Shown here: in pieces, positions 49,889 to 58,823 of the stretch
Layout: the number at the start of each line of letters is the position of its first letter
Position numbering within the stretch: position 1 is the stretch's first letter
From: Cenarchaeum sp.
GTDB lineage: Archaea; Thermoproteota; Nitrososphaeria; Nitrososphaerales; Nitrosopumilaceae
Length of the DNA: 64,000 nt
NCBI GenBank assembly: GCA_965242695.1
Contig: CBDESU010000002.1
Location: forward strand, 736,001 to 800,000
Direction of reading: 5' to 3'
Notes under the pieces: generated by a model
What the model saw: only the letters and a program-made list of their open reading frames with translations
The model's database searches: none
What the model was told of the DNA's origin: nothing
Program-made: the position numbers and the translations under genes

Positions 49889-49995
49889 CCCGCTCCCCCC
49901 TCGACCCCGCCGCGACCGATCGCCCTGCTCACCAGCGTCAGCGTCATGTCGTTCGCCTCCCGCTCCCCCCTCGACCCCGCCGCGACCGATCGCCC
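49889..49995. repeat. 37-bp direct repeat x2, 70-bp period
   Basis: CCCGCTCCCCCCTCGACCCCGCCGCGACCGATCGCCC at 49889 and 49959; partial copy at about 49811. Confidence 0.85.
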
Positions 49996-50035
49996 GCCCG
50001 CAACGCTTAATAGCGCGCCGCCTAGGCCGCGCCGC

Positions 50036-51214
50036 ATGGCATACGGCGGCAGCGGCGCCCCCCGCGGCCCCGCCCAGGTCTCCATACTAGTGCCGACCTA
50101 CAACGAGTCGCAGAACATCGTCGGGCTGCTCCGGTCGGTCGCCGAGCACCTCCCAAAGAACCTCCGCGTCGAGACGATCGTCATAGACGACAACTCGCCC
50201 GACGGGACGGGCCGCATCGTAGAGGACTACATCCGCAACGTCCAGCGGGCCGCCAACCACGCCATCGGCATAGTCCACCGCAGGGCCCGCGAGGGCCTCG
50301 GCTCGGCCATACTAAAGGGCCTGCAGCACTCGACGGGCAGCTCTATCGTCGTCCTAGACAGCGACTTTTCCCACCCGCCGAGCCTCATACCAAAGCTCAT
50401 CGAGGCCATCCGGCGCCCCCACTGCGACATAGCCGTCGCCTCGAGGTACGTAGAGGGCGGGGCCGTAAAGGGCTGGCCGCTGCGCCGCAAGTTGCTAAGC
50501 CGCGTGGCCACCCGCATAGCAAAGACCGGCCTGGGCGTAGAGCAGGACGACCCGATGTCCGGATTCTTTGCCTTCAAGAAGAGCGTCGTGGCCGGCCTAA
50601 AGCTCGACGGCCTCGGCTACAAGATGCTCCTCGAGATACTCGTAAAGGCGCGCGGCGCGAGCGTCCTCGAGATACCCTACACGTTCACGGACAGGCGCGC
50701 CGGCAGCAGCAAGCTCGGCGCCGGGACGGTCCTGGACTACGGCCGCTCCGTGTGGAGGCTGTACCGGTACGGCAAGAGGGAGAAGAGGGCCCCCGAGGAG
50801 CACCGCTCCGTCCGGTTCGTCTCGAAGGCGGCGCGGTTCTACACGGTCGGCGCGCTCGGGCTGCTCGTAAACTACGCCCTCTCGCTGCTGTTCGCCGGCG
50901 CGCTCGAGCAGGTGTGGTACCTGCACGCCAACCTAGTCGGCATTGCGGCCTCGATGACGTCGAACTTTGCGCTCAACAAGTACTGGACGTTCGAGGACCG
51001 CGACTTTTCGCTGCGCCACACCGCATCGCAGTACGGCAAGTTCGTCCTGTTCAGCTCGGCAGGCGCGCTCGTCCAGCTCGGCATGGTGTACGGCTTGGTC
51101 GAGGCGTACTCGGTGCCGTACCCGGCCGCGCTCGTCCTCGCCGTCATGACGGCCGCGTTTGGCAACTTTGTGCTAAACAAAAGGTGGACGTTCCGCGAGA
51201 GGCTGTGGTCCTGA
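50036..51214 (+). CDS. dolichol-phosphate mannosyltransferase-like GT2 with C-terminal GtrA domain
   Basis: VPTYNES, IDDNSPDGT, LDSDFSHPP, DPMSGFF, DRRAGSSKL; GtrA motif NFALNKYWTF. Confidence 0.92.
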   Translation: MAYGGSGAPRGPAQVSILVPTYNESQNIVGLLRSVAEHLPKNLRVETIVIDDNSPDGTGRIVEDYIRNVQRAANHAIGIVHRRAREGLGSAILKGLQHSTGSSIVVLDSDFSHPPSLIPKLIEAIRRPHCDIAVASRYVEGGAVKGWPLRRKLLSRVATRIAKTGLGVEQDDPMSGFFAFKKSVVAGLKLDGLGYKMLLEILVKARGASVLEIPYTFTDRRAGSSKLGAGTVLDYGRSVWRLYRYGKREKRAPEEHRSVRFVSKAARFYTVGALGLLVNYALSLLFAGALEQVWYLHANLVGIAASMTSNFALNKYWTFEDRDFSLRHTASQYGKFVLFSSAGALVQLGMVYGLVEAYSVPYPAALVLAVMTAAFGNFVLNKRWTFRERLWS

Positions 51215-51300
51215 CCGCGGCGGCGCAGGGGAGGGGCCGGGGCCGCGGCTCCCCCACCGCCCGCCAAGAAAAACAAAAGAGGGCCGCGGCGGCGCCGCGG

Positions 51301-51969
51301 CTATTCGTACGTGGTGCCCGTCGACGACGCCGCCGCGTCCGATGCCAGGCCAGTCGGGGTCGGCACGGAGGGGAACCGCGCTCCGATCTGCTGCTCGGCG
51401 ACCGCGCTGGCCTCCTGCAGGATCTTGTCGGTCTCCTCGCTCGACATGTCCGACTCCATGCTGAACGAGTCGCCGGCTAGCGACTCCATCATCAGGCCGT
51501 TGAGCGTCTGCGTCATCGAGCTCATCTCGGCGTCGGCCTCCGGCATGAACTTGCCGAGGGACGACTTGAGGCCCTTCATCGTCGTCATGGCCGGCCCGAT
51601 GGCTACCATGGCGTCGCCCAGGTCGTGTATGGTCGTGAGCCTGAGCTGGACCTGCTCGAGTGACATCCTCGCGTTGCTGAGCATCTTCGTGACCTTGCGT
51701 ATCTCGGCGAGCTCGTTGGAGAGCACCTTGCTGGCGCTCGTGTCGTGCTGCTGGAGGGCCGTCACGACCCGCTGGAAGAGGCGCTGGTCCCTCTCTCGCA
51801 GCTTTGCCAGCATGGCGTCCATCTTGCTAGTCTGTATCTGCAGCTTGTTCACCGCAGTCTGGATGCGCGGCTTGAGCGCTCCCTGGGGCCTGACGGCCTC
51901 TTGGAGCTTTGTCGTCATGCCTGGCCCCTCTTGTCGGGACCAGTTCTTGTCAAAGCTAGTCATGCCCAC
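51301..51969 (-). CDS. ESCRT-III/Snf7 family cell division protein, CdvB-like paralogue
   Basis: LKPRIQTAV...LSNELAEIRKV...LEQVQLRLTTIHDLGDAMV...ILQEASAVAE. Confidence 0.88.
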   Translation of the reverse strand: MGMTSFDKNWSRQEGPGMTTKLQEAVRPQGALKPRIQTAVNKLQIQTSKMDAMLAKLRERDQRLFQRVVTALQQHDTSASKVLSNELAEIRKVTKMLSNARMSLEQVQLRLTTIHDLGDAMVAIGPAMTTMKGLKSSLGKFMPEADAEMSSMTQTLNGLMMESLAGDSFSMESDMSSEETDKILQEASAVAEQQIGARFPSVPTPTGLASDAAASSTGTTYE

Positions 51970-52006
51970 GCCTGCCTCCGGCGCGCCTTAATCCGGGGGG
52001 TGCAAT

Positions 52007-52885
52007 TTGCTAGACATGGACGTAAATTTAGCTGACCTGGCGGGCCGCGCGATGGGCGGCGGCGGGGGCGCCGGCAGCGCCAGCGGGGGCGCCGGGGGCG
52101 GCTCCGGGGGCGTGGCCGTGTTCGACTCGGGCCTCGGCTCGCTGTCGGTCATACGGCGCATCAGGCGGGCCGTCCCGGCGGCGCCCGTCGTGTACCTGGC
52201 GGACACGGCCAACTACCCGTACGGTACGAGGTCGCCGCCCGCGCTGCGCCGCATCGTAGAGGGGCGGATACGCCTGCTCAGGGACAGGTTCAGGCCGGAC
52301 GTCATAGTAGTCGGCTCGATCACGCCGACCCTGCTGCTCCCCGACCTGTTCGCCGGCGGTGCCGTGGTCGGCGTGGCCCCGCCCCTGCGCCGCGCCGCAC
52401 GGGCCACTCGCACGGGCCATGTCGGCGTACTGGCCACGCGGTCCGTGGTGGGGCGCTGCCGTACCGGGGAGATTGCGGCGGGGCTGGAGGTGCCGGCCGG
52501 GGTGCGCCTGCACCCGATAGACGCATCGCCGCTCGTCGACCTGGTAGAGTCGGGGGCGTTCCTTGACGACGGGGAAGAGTGCGCCAAGAGGCTGGCCAGG
52601 CTCGGCCCCGTCCTGTCCGAGAACAGGATAGACTCGCTCGCGCTGTCGAGCACGCACCTGCCGTTCCTTGTCGAGCGGCTTGCCGAGGCGTTTCCGAGGG
52701 TGCGGCTTGCCGACCCCGGCGAGGATGCGGCCGAGGCCGTGCGCAGGCGCATCGGCGCAGGTGCGGGAGGGGCGAGCCAAAAAGAGGCGCCGATGCGGGT
52801 GTTCGCGTCCGGCGATCCCGTTCCGCTAGAGGGCAGGCTGCGCCGCCTCGGCGTGCGCGAAGCAGTGCAGCGGCTTGACGGCTAG
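52007..52885 (+). CDS. glutamate-racemase (MurI)-fold protein with both catalytic Cys replaced by Ser
   Basis: VFDSGLGSL, YLADTANYPYG, GVLAT; VGSITP and LSSTHLP where ACNTA and LGCTHYP are expected. Confidence 0.8.
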   Translation: MLDMDVNLADLAGRAMGGGGGAGSASGGAGGGSGGVAVFDSGLGSLSVIRRIRRAVPAAPVVYLADTANYPYGTRSPPALRRIVEGRIRLLRDRFRPDVIVVGSITPTLLLPDLFAGGAVVGVAPPLRRAARATRTGHVGVLATRSVVGRCRTGEIAAGLEVPAGVRLHPIDASPLVDLVESGAFLDDGEECAKRLARLGPVLSENRIDSLALSSTHLPFLVERLAEAFPRVRLADPGEDAAEAVRRRIGAGAGGASQKEAPMRVFASGDPVPLEGRLRRLGVREAVQRLDG

Positions 52886-53691
52886 GCCTTTGCCGTTGGG
52901 CTGTCCTTGCCAGAGGCCTTTCTGTACCCGTGGCTGAACTCCTTGTCGTACAGGCGCGAGAACTCGTAGGAACTGGGCCTTACGACGTCGCCTATTACGA
53001 CGATCGCCGTGCGCGTAATGCCGGCCGCCCGGGCCTTTTCGGCAATGTCGGCTAGCGTTCCCTGCACGATCTTTTCGTCGGGCCAGCTCGCGCGCTGGAC
53101 GACAGCGGCAGGAGTGTCCTTGGAGTAGCCGCCCTCCACGGCCTCCTTTGCTATGTTGCCGAGGAGGTGCACGCTCAGGTAGAATACCATCGTCGCGCCG
53201 TGCCGCGCCAGGTCGGCGACCGACTCGGCGCCGGGCACGGCCGTCCGCGACGGGGCCCTCGTCAGTATTATCGTCTGCGTCACGCCGGGCAGCGTCAGCT
53301 GCGCGCCGAGCGAGGCCGCCGCGGCCAGGAACGACGTCACGCCGGGCACCACCCTGCACTCGATTCCCGCGGACTCGAGGGCGTCGGTCTGCTCGCGGAG
53401 GGCGCCGTATATCGTGGGGTCGCCGTCGTGGAGGCGCACCACGGTGCGGCCGCCGGCGGCGCCGACGCGCAGCGCCTCCGTAATCTGCTCGCGCACCATC
53501 CCCGACGCGTCGCGCATTGCCGCCCCATCGCGGCACATGGCGAGTATCCCCTCGGGTATGAGCGAGCCAGAGTACACTACGGTGTCGGCCTCGCGCAGCA
53601 GCCGGGCGGCCCTGACCGTCATCAGCCCTGGGTCGCCGGGCCCGCAGCCGACGAACCACACCGTCCCTCCTTCCCGCGCGTCGCTAGGCAC
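52882..53691 (-). CDS. cobM: precorrin-4 C11-methyltransferase (CobM/CbiF)
   Basis: VGCGPGDPGL, YSGSL, RLHDGDPTIYGA, LTLPGVTQTIILTR, RASWPDE, SRLYD. Confidence 0.95.
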   Translation of the reverse strand: MPSDAREGGTVWFVGCGPGDPGLMTVRAARLLREADTVVYSGSLIPEGILAMCRDGAAMRDASGMVREQITEALRVGAAGGRTVVRLHDGDPTIYGALREQTDALESAGIECRVVPGVTSFLAAAASLGAQLTLPGVTQTIILTRAPSRTAVPGAESVADLARHGATMVFYLSVHLLGNIAKEAVEGGYSKDTPAAVVQRASWPDEKIVQGTLADIAEKARAAGITRTAIVVIGDVVRPSSYEFSRLYDKEFSHGYRKASGKDSPTAKA

Positions 53692-54409
53692 GCTTGACCA
53701 CCAGTATGGAAAAGTACTTTGATGCGAGCGAGCCGCCGGCGGCCTCGCCGAGCGTCATCTTTTGGATGATCTCCTTGTCGGTGCCCAGGTCCTGGCCTAT
53801 GGCGAACACAGAGTCGTCCGGGAACCCCGACTCGCGCAGCAGCGCGACTACCTGGTCAAAGTAGCGGCCGTCCTTGAGGAAGACGAGCGACTCTGCGTGC
53901 TTTGCCATCTCGGCGACCGACGAGAGGTCGTAGCAGGACGGTATGATGGCGACCTTTTCGGACCCCTCTGCTATGCTCACGCCGACCTTGGCGGCGAACG
54001 TGAACGGCGAGACTATGCCGGGCACTACGCTCACGTCCATGCCGGGGTGCCTCTTGCGTATGCGCCTCTGCATGTATATCCACGTGCTGTACAGGTGGGG
54101 ATCGCCTACCGTCACGTACACGACGCGGCGGCCGGCGAGGACCTTGTCGGCCATGGCGACCGCGTTCTCGTCCCATGTACGCCTGAGGACGTCCTCGTCG
54201 CGCGTCATCGGGAACACGAGCTTTACGACCTCCTTTTGGGACGTGTCGATCATGCCCGATATGATCGACAGCGCGATGCTCGGCCTGTCGGCGGCGGACG
54301 CGGGGCACATGACCGTGTCGGCGCTTTCGATGGCCCGCACTGCCCTGACCGTGAGCAGGTCGGCCTCGCCGGGGCCCACGCCTATCCCCGTCAGGCTTCC
54401 GGGCGCCAT
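53684..54409 (-). CDS. cobI: precorrin-2 C20-methyltransferase (CobI/CbiL)
   Basis: GIGVGPGEADLLT, FPMTRD, GDPHLYST, VPGI, YFS. Confidence 0.93.
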   Translation of the reverse strand: MAPGSLTGIGVGPGEADLLTVRAVRAIESADTVMCPASAADRPSIALSIISGMIDTSQKEVVKLVFPMTRDEDVLRRTWDENAVAMADKVLAGRRVVYVTVGDPHLYSTWIYMQRRIRKRHPGMDVSVVPGIVSPFTFAAKVGVSIAEGSEKVAIIPSCYDLSSVAEMAKHAESLVFLKDGRYFDQVVALLRESGFPDDSVFAIGQDLGTDKEIIQKMTLGEAAGGSLASKYFSILVVKRA

Positions 54410-54440
54410 ACCTGCGGCGCGGGCGGGCGCCGATTAAAAC

Positions 54441-55127
54441 CTAGGCTGCGCCGGCCGGTGGCTGCCCCGCCGTTGCCGGGGAGCCGGCCGCCCGCGTCGC
54501 CGACACTATGCCGACAGGGTTGCGCGCTAGCATCATCGTGCCCGTCGACGTCTGCCTGCCCTTTGCGACGATGAGCTGGGCCACGTCGATATCCTCGAAC
54601 GGGCCGCCGCGCAGGGCCTCGACCACGGCGGCGAGCGTCTCGACCTGCACCGTCCCCGCGACGATCCTGCCCGTACCGGGTGCTAGCTTTTCCGAGCACA
54701 GCCGCACGATCTCGGCCGTCGCGCCGCCGGTCCCCCCGATGATGGCCGCACCAATCCCGCCGGGCAGGCCCCGTATGGTATCGCGCGCATCGCCGGCCAC
54801 CACCTCGACGTTGGCTATTCCGAACCGCTCTAGGTTGCGGCCGGTCAGTGCTACTGCCTCGGGGTCGGAGTCGACCGCATAGACCCTGCCCGAGGGCCCA
54901 ACGCGCATCGCCGCCTCGACGGATACCGAGCCGCTGCCGCACCCGATGTCGTACACGGTCGCGCCCTCGTCGAGCCGCGCCTTGCTCAGCTGCACGGCCC
55001 TTGCCTCCTCCTTTGTTATCGGGACGGAGCCGGACCTCTCGAACATCTCGTCGGGTATTCCGGGGACGGCGTGCGGCCACCTAGTCTCGCCCGCCGTTTG
55101 GCCGTTCGGATCCACGGCCGCCACCAT
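54441..55127 (-). CDS. cbiT: precorrin-6Y C5,15-methyltransferase (decarboxylating), CbiT subunit
   Basis: GIPDEMF, PITKEE, DIGCGSGSVSVE, MLARNPV. Confidence 0.93.
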   Translation of the reverse strand: MVAAVDPNGQTAGETRWPHAVPGIPDEMFERSGSVPITKEEARAVQLSKARLDEGATVYDIGCGSGSVSVEAAMRVGPSGRVYAVDSDPEAVALTGRNLERFGIANVEVVAGDARDTIRGLPGGIGAAIIGGTGGATAEIVRLCSEKLAPGTGRIVAGTVQVETLAAVVEALRGGPFEDIDVAQLIVAKGRQTSTGTMMLARNPVGIVSATRAAGSPATAGQPPAGAA

Positions 55128-55130
55128 CCC

Positions 55131-55670
55131 CTACGGGATCGGCGAGGCGATGATCCCCGCCTCTGGCATGTTCACTAGCGTGTACGACACTATCCACATG
55201 AACAGGTACAGGAAGATGTAGCTGCCGATCCCCTGCGTGACGAGCTTTTTCCTGTCCGACGAAGGCAGGCGGATGTTCATCATCTTGCCGAATATGGCGG
55301 TGCCGATGAACACGACGATCATGAACCCTATCGAGGCCCACCGCCGCTCCTCGCCGGCGACCGGCTCGAAGATGAACGTTGCGGCTACGCCGGCGACGAC
55401 GGCCACGCCGACGCGCACCCAGAACAGCCTGCTGAGCTTTGCCTTTTGCGTCGGGTCGAGGGTCTCTCCCTGGCCGCCCGCCTTGCCGCCCTTCTTGGGG
55501 CCGGGCGGCGGCTCGGTCGGGGGGGCGCGCGAGGTGGGCCTTGCCGGGGGCGGCGGCGCGCCGTGGGGGTGCTCCTTGCCGCCTCCGTCGCCGCCCGCGG
55601 CCTCTGCCCCCTCTCTTGCCGGGGCCGTGTCCCGCGTCGGCTCCGACCTGCGCCTCTTGTGCTTGGCCAA
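55131..55670 (-). CDS. three-TM membrane protein, possibly EMC6-like
   Basis: Basic, Pro-rich N-terminus; three TMs ending GIGSYIFLYLFMWIVSYTLV; TTG start inferred from a TTAAA box. Confidence 0.65.
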   Translation of the reverse strand: MAKHKRRRSEPTRDTAPAREGAEAAGGDGGGKEHPHGAPPPPARPTSRAPPTEPPPGPKKGGKAGGQGETLDPTQKAKLSRLFWVRVGVAVVAGVAATFIFEPVAGEERRWASIGFMIVVFIGTAIFGKMMNIRLPSSDRKKLVTQGIGSYIFLYLFMWIVSYTLVNMPEAGIIASPIP

Positions 55671-56023
55671 GCTGTACGGCGCGCCGGGCCGCCGTGCTTG
55701 TTTAAGTGCTTTGAAGGGGGGCGCGCCGCGCGGCCCTGCGTACCGGCGCGGAAAGGGCCAATGGCGCACCGTGGATTTCACTCCGTTGGCTACGGCAGGG
55801 GCCGACCTTTGCCCAAGAAGGCCAAGAGGGTGGTTAATATACCCACAGAATTGCGGCCCCCCGACATGGCCTGCTTGGCTCGCGCTTGCAGTTTCCACAT
55901 AGGCGATCCCTTATGTACTAGTGGTGGGGCCGCCCGTATGGTTTCCATGACTTACGCTGACCCTCTTGGGCGTCCAAGCACACCGTCCACGGTTTCCACC
56001 CTCGCGCCCACGCCGACTCTAAC

Positions 56024-56037
56024 GGGGGGGGGGGGGG
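56024..56037 (+). repeat. G14 homopolymer upstream of the island operon
   Basis: ctaacGGGGGGGGGGGGGGcaaaa, about 125 nt before the first gene. Confidence 0.9.
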
Positions 56038-56160
56038 CAAAAATTGGAGCGTCACTGTTAGCAACATGTTAAACACCCAACACAGCCATACCGACACCAC
56101 TATAGTTACAACCCACAATGTCTGTGTCGTGGCCGAACTTTTCGATCGGGAGTGGTTGCC

Positions 56161-57987
56161 ATGCTTCTGAAGTGGACATTTCCGCCCACGGGTGGGGGTG
56201 TTGCACACGGTTTTAACGATAGTGCACAAGAGCACTTTAGAAATGACGCATGGAAGCATACCATACGAGAGCTAATTCAGAACTCTCTTGATGCTGTTCG
56301 CAACAAGGGCCAGCCAGTTGTTGTTGAGATATCGCTAATTGACGTGCCGTCAATCGAACTAGGTGCACTCGACCTTGCTAAACATGTAAAAGAAGCATTA
56401 AAACGAGCTAAAAAACAGGGCGAGAAACACGGCGAAAAATTCTATACTGATGCATTAAAGATTTTGAAAAGAAAGAAAATTAAAACACTAGCAGTAAAAG
56501 ATGCAAACACCACGGGTCTTATTGATGGAAAATGGAGTGCCCTAGTATTCAGCGAAGGGGCCACTGATAAAGGTGGCATGAGTGCAGCCGGCGGGAGTTT
56601 TGGAATAGGTAAAAGCGCCCCCTATTTAGTGTCTGAACTTAAAACTGTATGTTACTCTACGTACTACGCCCGGCCTGGAAGAGAGGAACGATTTATTGCG
56701 CGCTGCAAGCTAATCGCACACAATGATCCACAGGGACGAGACGGTGAGCTTCAACACATTGGATTCGGTACGAAAGGAAGAGTCCAGCGTAACAAACGCC
56801 CGCACCCCACACGAGGTCAAAACATCTACAGTGACTTTCGACTTGGTGGTATTGGCAGTGGCATATTTATCGCTGGATTTAATCCATTATCAAAAGATTG
56901 GCTAAAGGTTGCCGAAAAATCCATTGCAGAGAGCTTTTTTGAGGCAATACATACAGAAAAGTTAAGCATAAAGTTAGATGGTCAATTAATAACACGCGAT
57001 ACGCTTGATGAAATTTTTGATCAAGATCCAGATAACGATTCGTCGTACTACTACCATGTAATCCGAGGCGATCCCAATGTAAAAACTGAATATATCAAGA
57101 CGGACTTAGGGGAGTTTACTCTAAAGTTCTATATCGGGCAAGATGGAATGCCAAACCGAATTGCTTATGTCAACAGGAGGGGCATGCTAGTTACAGACAC
57201 AAGACAGCGTAATAAAAATCCCTTTCACAAAGCAGTAGGTCGAGGCTGGGCCAAGTACGTGGCAGTTGTCACGGCTTCAAATGATGAAACAGATACAAAA
57301 ATACGTGAAATGGAGCCTCCCAACCACGGTACAATTGAACCCGGCCGCATCATTGATCCTGTTAGGCGTGACGAAATGGAAGCAGCACTGGCCAGTATAA
57401 GGGAGAAAATTGCTACGGTAATAGGTGATGCACTGCGGCTTAGCATCCAAGACCAAGAGATTAACGTATCTGAACTCGCAGGGATCATACCAATTGATGG
57501 GGACAACAGTGATGGTAAGGACGAAGAAAGTCAAAACGACGAAGTCGAGCTTAAGGTTCGAAAGCTCAAAGCACCAACACCTGGAGAGAGCTATACTGAG
57601 CAGAAAGGTCCAAGTAAAGGTCGGGGATCAACCGGTAAAAAGCGTGGCAAAAAACGTGAACAGAAAGAAGAACGTACCGGGGCACTTAATAAAATACGTA
57701 TAATGCGCATCGATGACAAGATGCGAGTGGCATTTACACCCACAGCATCTATGGAAGATATTCGCTTTTTGATTAGGCCCGCAGGTGAAGAGCGAATGCG
57801 AGAGCATGCTATTACGATTAGTAAGGCTAGAGCATTACACAGCAACACTTCTGTTCGTGCAGACGGCAAAACCGTGATCGTCTCTCCTCAAAATACAGAT
57901 AGGATAACAATGGATCTTACAGTGGGTAAGGCTAAAGCATACACAGGATATGAAATAGCCTGTGTTTCTCAGGAGGAGCAAAAATGA
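56161..57987 (+). CDS. GHKL (HATPase/MORC-like) ATPase
   Basis: RELIQNSLDA (N box), VKDANTTGL (G1), GGSFGIGK (G2), EPPNH. GGGAG before ATG 56161 (alternative GTG 56152). Confidence 0.82.
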   Translation: MLLKWTFPPTGGGVAHGFNDSAQEHFRNDAWKHTIRELIQNSLDAVRNKGQPVVVEISLIDVPSIELGALDLAKHVKEALKRAKKQGEKHGEKFYTDALKILKRKKIKTLAVKDANTTGLIDGKWSALVFSEGATDKGGMSAAGGSFGIGKSAPYLVSELKTVCYSTYYARPGREERFIARCKLIAHNDPQGRDGELQHIGFGTKGRVQRNKRPHPTRGQNIYSDFRLGGIGSGIFIAGFNPLSKDWLKVAEKSIAESFFEAIHTEKLSIKLDGQLITRDTLDEIFDQDPDNDSSYYYHVIRGDPNVKTEYIKTDLGEFTLKFYIGQDGMPNRIAYVNRRGMLVTDTRQRNKNPFHKAVGRGWAKYVAVVTASNDETDTKIREMEPPNHGTIEPGRIIDPVRRDEMEAALASIREKIATVIGDALRLSIQDQEINVSELAGIIPIDGDNSDGKDEESQNDEVELKVRKLKAPTPGESYTEQKGPSKGRGSTGKKRGKKREQKEERTGALNKIRIMRIDDKMRVAFTPTASMEDIRFLIRPAGEERMREHAITISKARALHSNTSVRADGKTVIVSPQNTDRITMDLTVGKAKAYTGYEIACVSQEEQK

Positions 57988-58823
57988 CCCGCGATAAGCT
58001 CCTCCTGCCTCATCCGGTGCTACGACCGGGCGGCGGACTGGATTACAACGAAAGCTGCAATTTTGGGCTGGAAATAAAGCCTGGAGCCTCTAGACGTACA
58101 TCGGAAGGGGTCGTAGAAATTAAAGCATCATTCACGCTTGTTAGCCCTACTTTAGAAGAGATGGTAAAGGAGGGCAAGGCTCAGTACCTTGTATTGGCGA
58201 CATGCGCAAAAACATACTATCGACTTGCAACATCTTTTGATGTCCAACAAATATTGCTAGAATTTCCTGTTAAAAATTTGGCTGGTACTCTTCGATTAAC
58301 ACCTTATATTGTAACAACTAAAGAAATAGAGTGGTTTATTGCACCAGAACACGATCCTGAAATAAAAATATTTCAAGGATTTGGCAAGATCCCGCCAGGA
58401 TCAATACTTGCCATAGGTGCCCCGCACGAAATTGAAATGGAACAAATTGGGACTGTTATGTCTGCAATAAAACTGGTTCCAAACGCAAACATTATGGAAG
58501 GGCGTTACACAATAAACGATGAAGGTGATTTTATAATGATTGAACTAAATAATAAAACATACACAGATATTGCACGCATGAGGACCCACATAAAAAATCT
58601 ACTCTACCCTTCTATCTATCAGGCAGCTATTGAGTATGCCCTACGTAAAGCTACTGAAGAAGCAGATAGTAAGTGGGCCAAAGCTTTACAAAAAACGCTA
58701 GAAGAACATGGTCTTAGTAACGATAATATTGAAGAAAAAGCGAATGAATACGCCCAAATAATAATGGGGGACCCGTTAGGGCAAATGCTCGAATGGTGCA
58801 ACAGGAGTGTTTCATTTGACTGA
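57984..58823 (+). CDS. hypothetical protein, partner of the GHKL ATPase
   Basis: 279 aa; PHPVL N-terminus, PGSILA; ATGA overlap and AGGAGG Shine-Dalgarno. Confidence 0.8.
   Translation: MTRDKLLLPHPVLRPGGGLDYNESCNFGLEIKPGASRRTSEGVVEIKASFTLVSPTLEEMVKEGKAQYLVLATCAKTYYRLATSFDVQQILLEFPVKNLAGTLRLTPYIVTTKEIEWFIAPEHDPEIKIFQGFGKIPPGSILAIGAPHEIEMEQIGTVMSAIKLVPNANIMEGRYTINDEGDFIMIELNNKTYTDIARMRTHIKNLLYPSIYQAAIEYALRKATEEADSKWAKALQKTLEEHGLSNDNIEEKANEYAQIIMGDPLGQMLEWCNRSVSFD

Noticed and set aside
55760-56150. tRNA/att site or integrase at the island borders
   Set aside because: No cloverleaf, no matching repeat at the right border (about 62160-62340), and no recombinase ORF found by eye.
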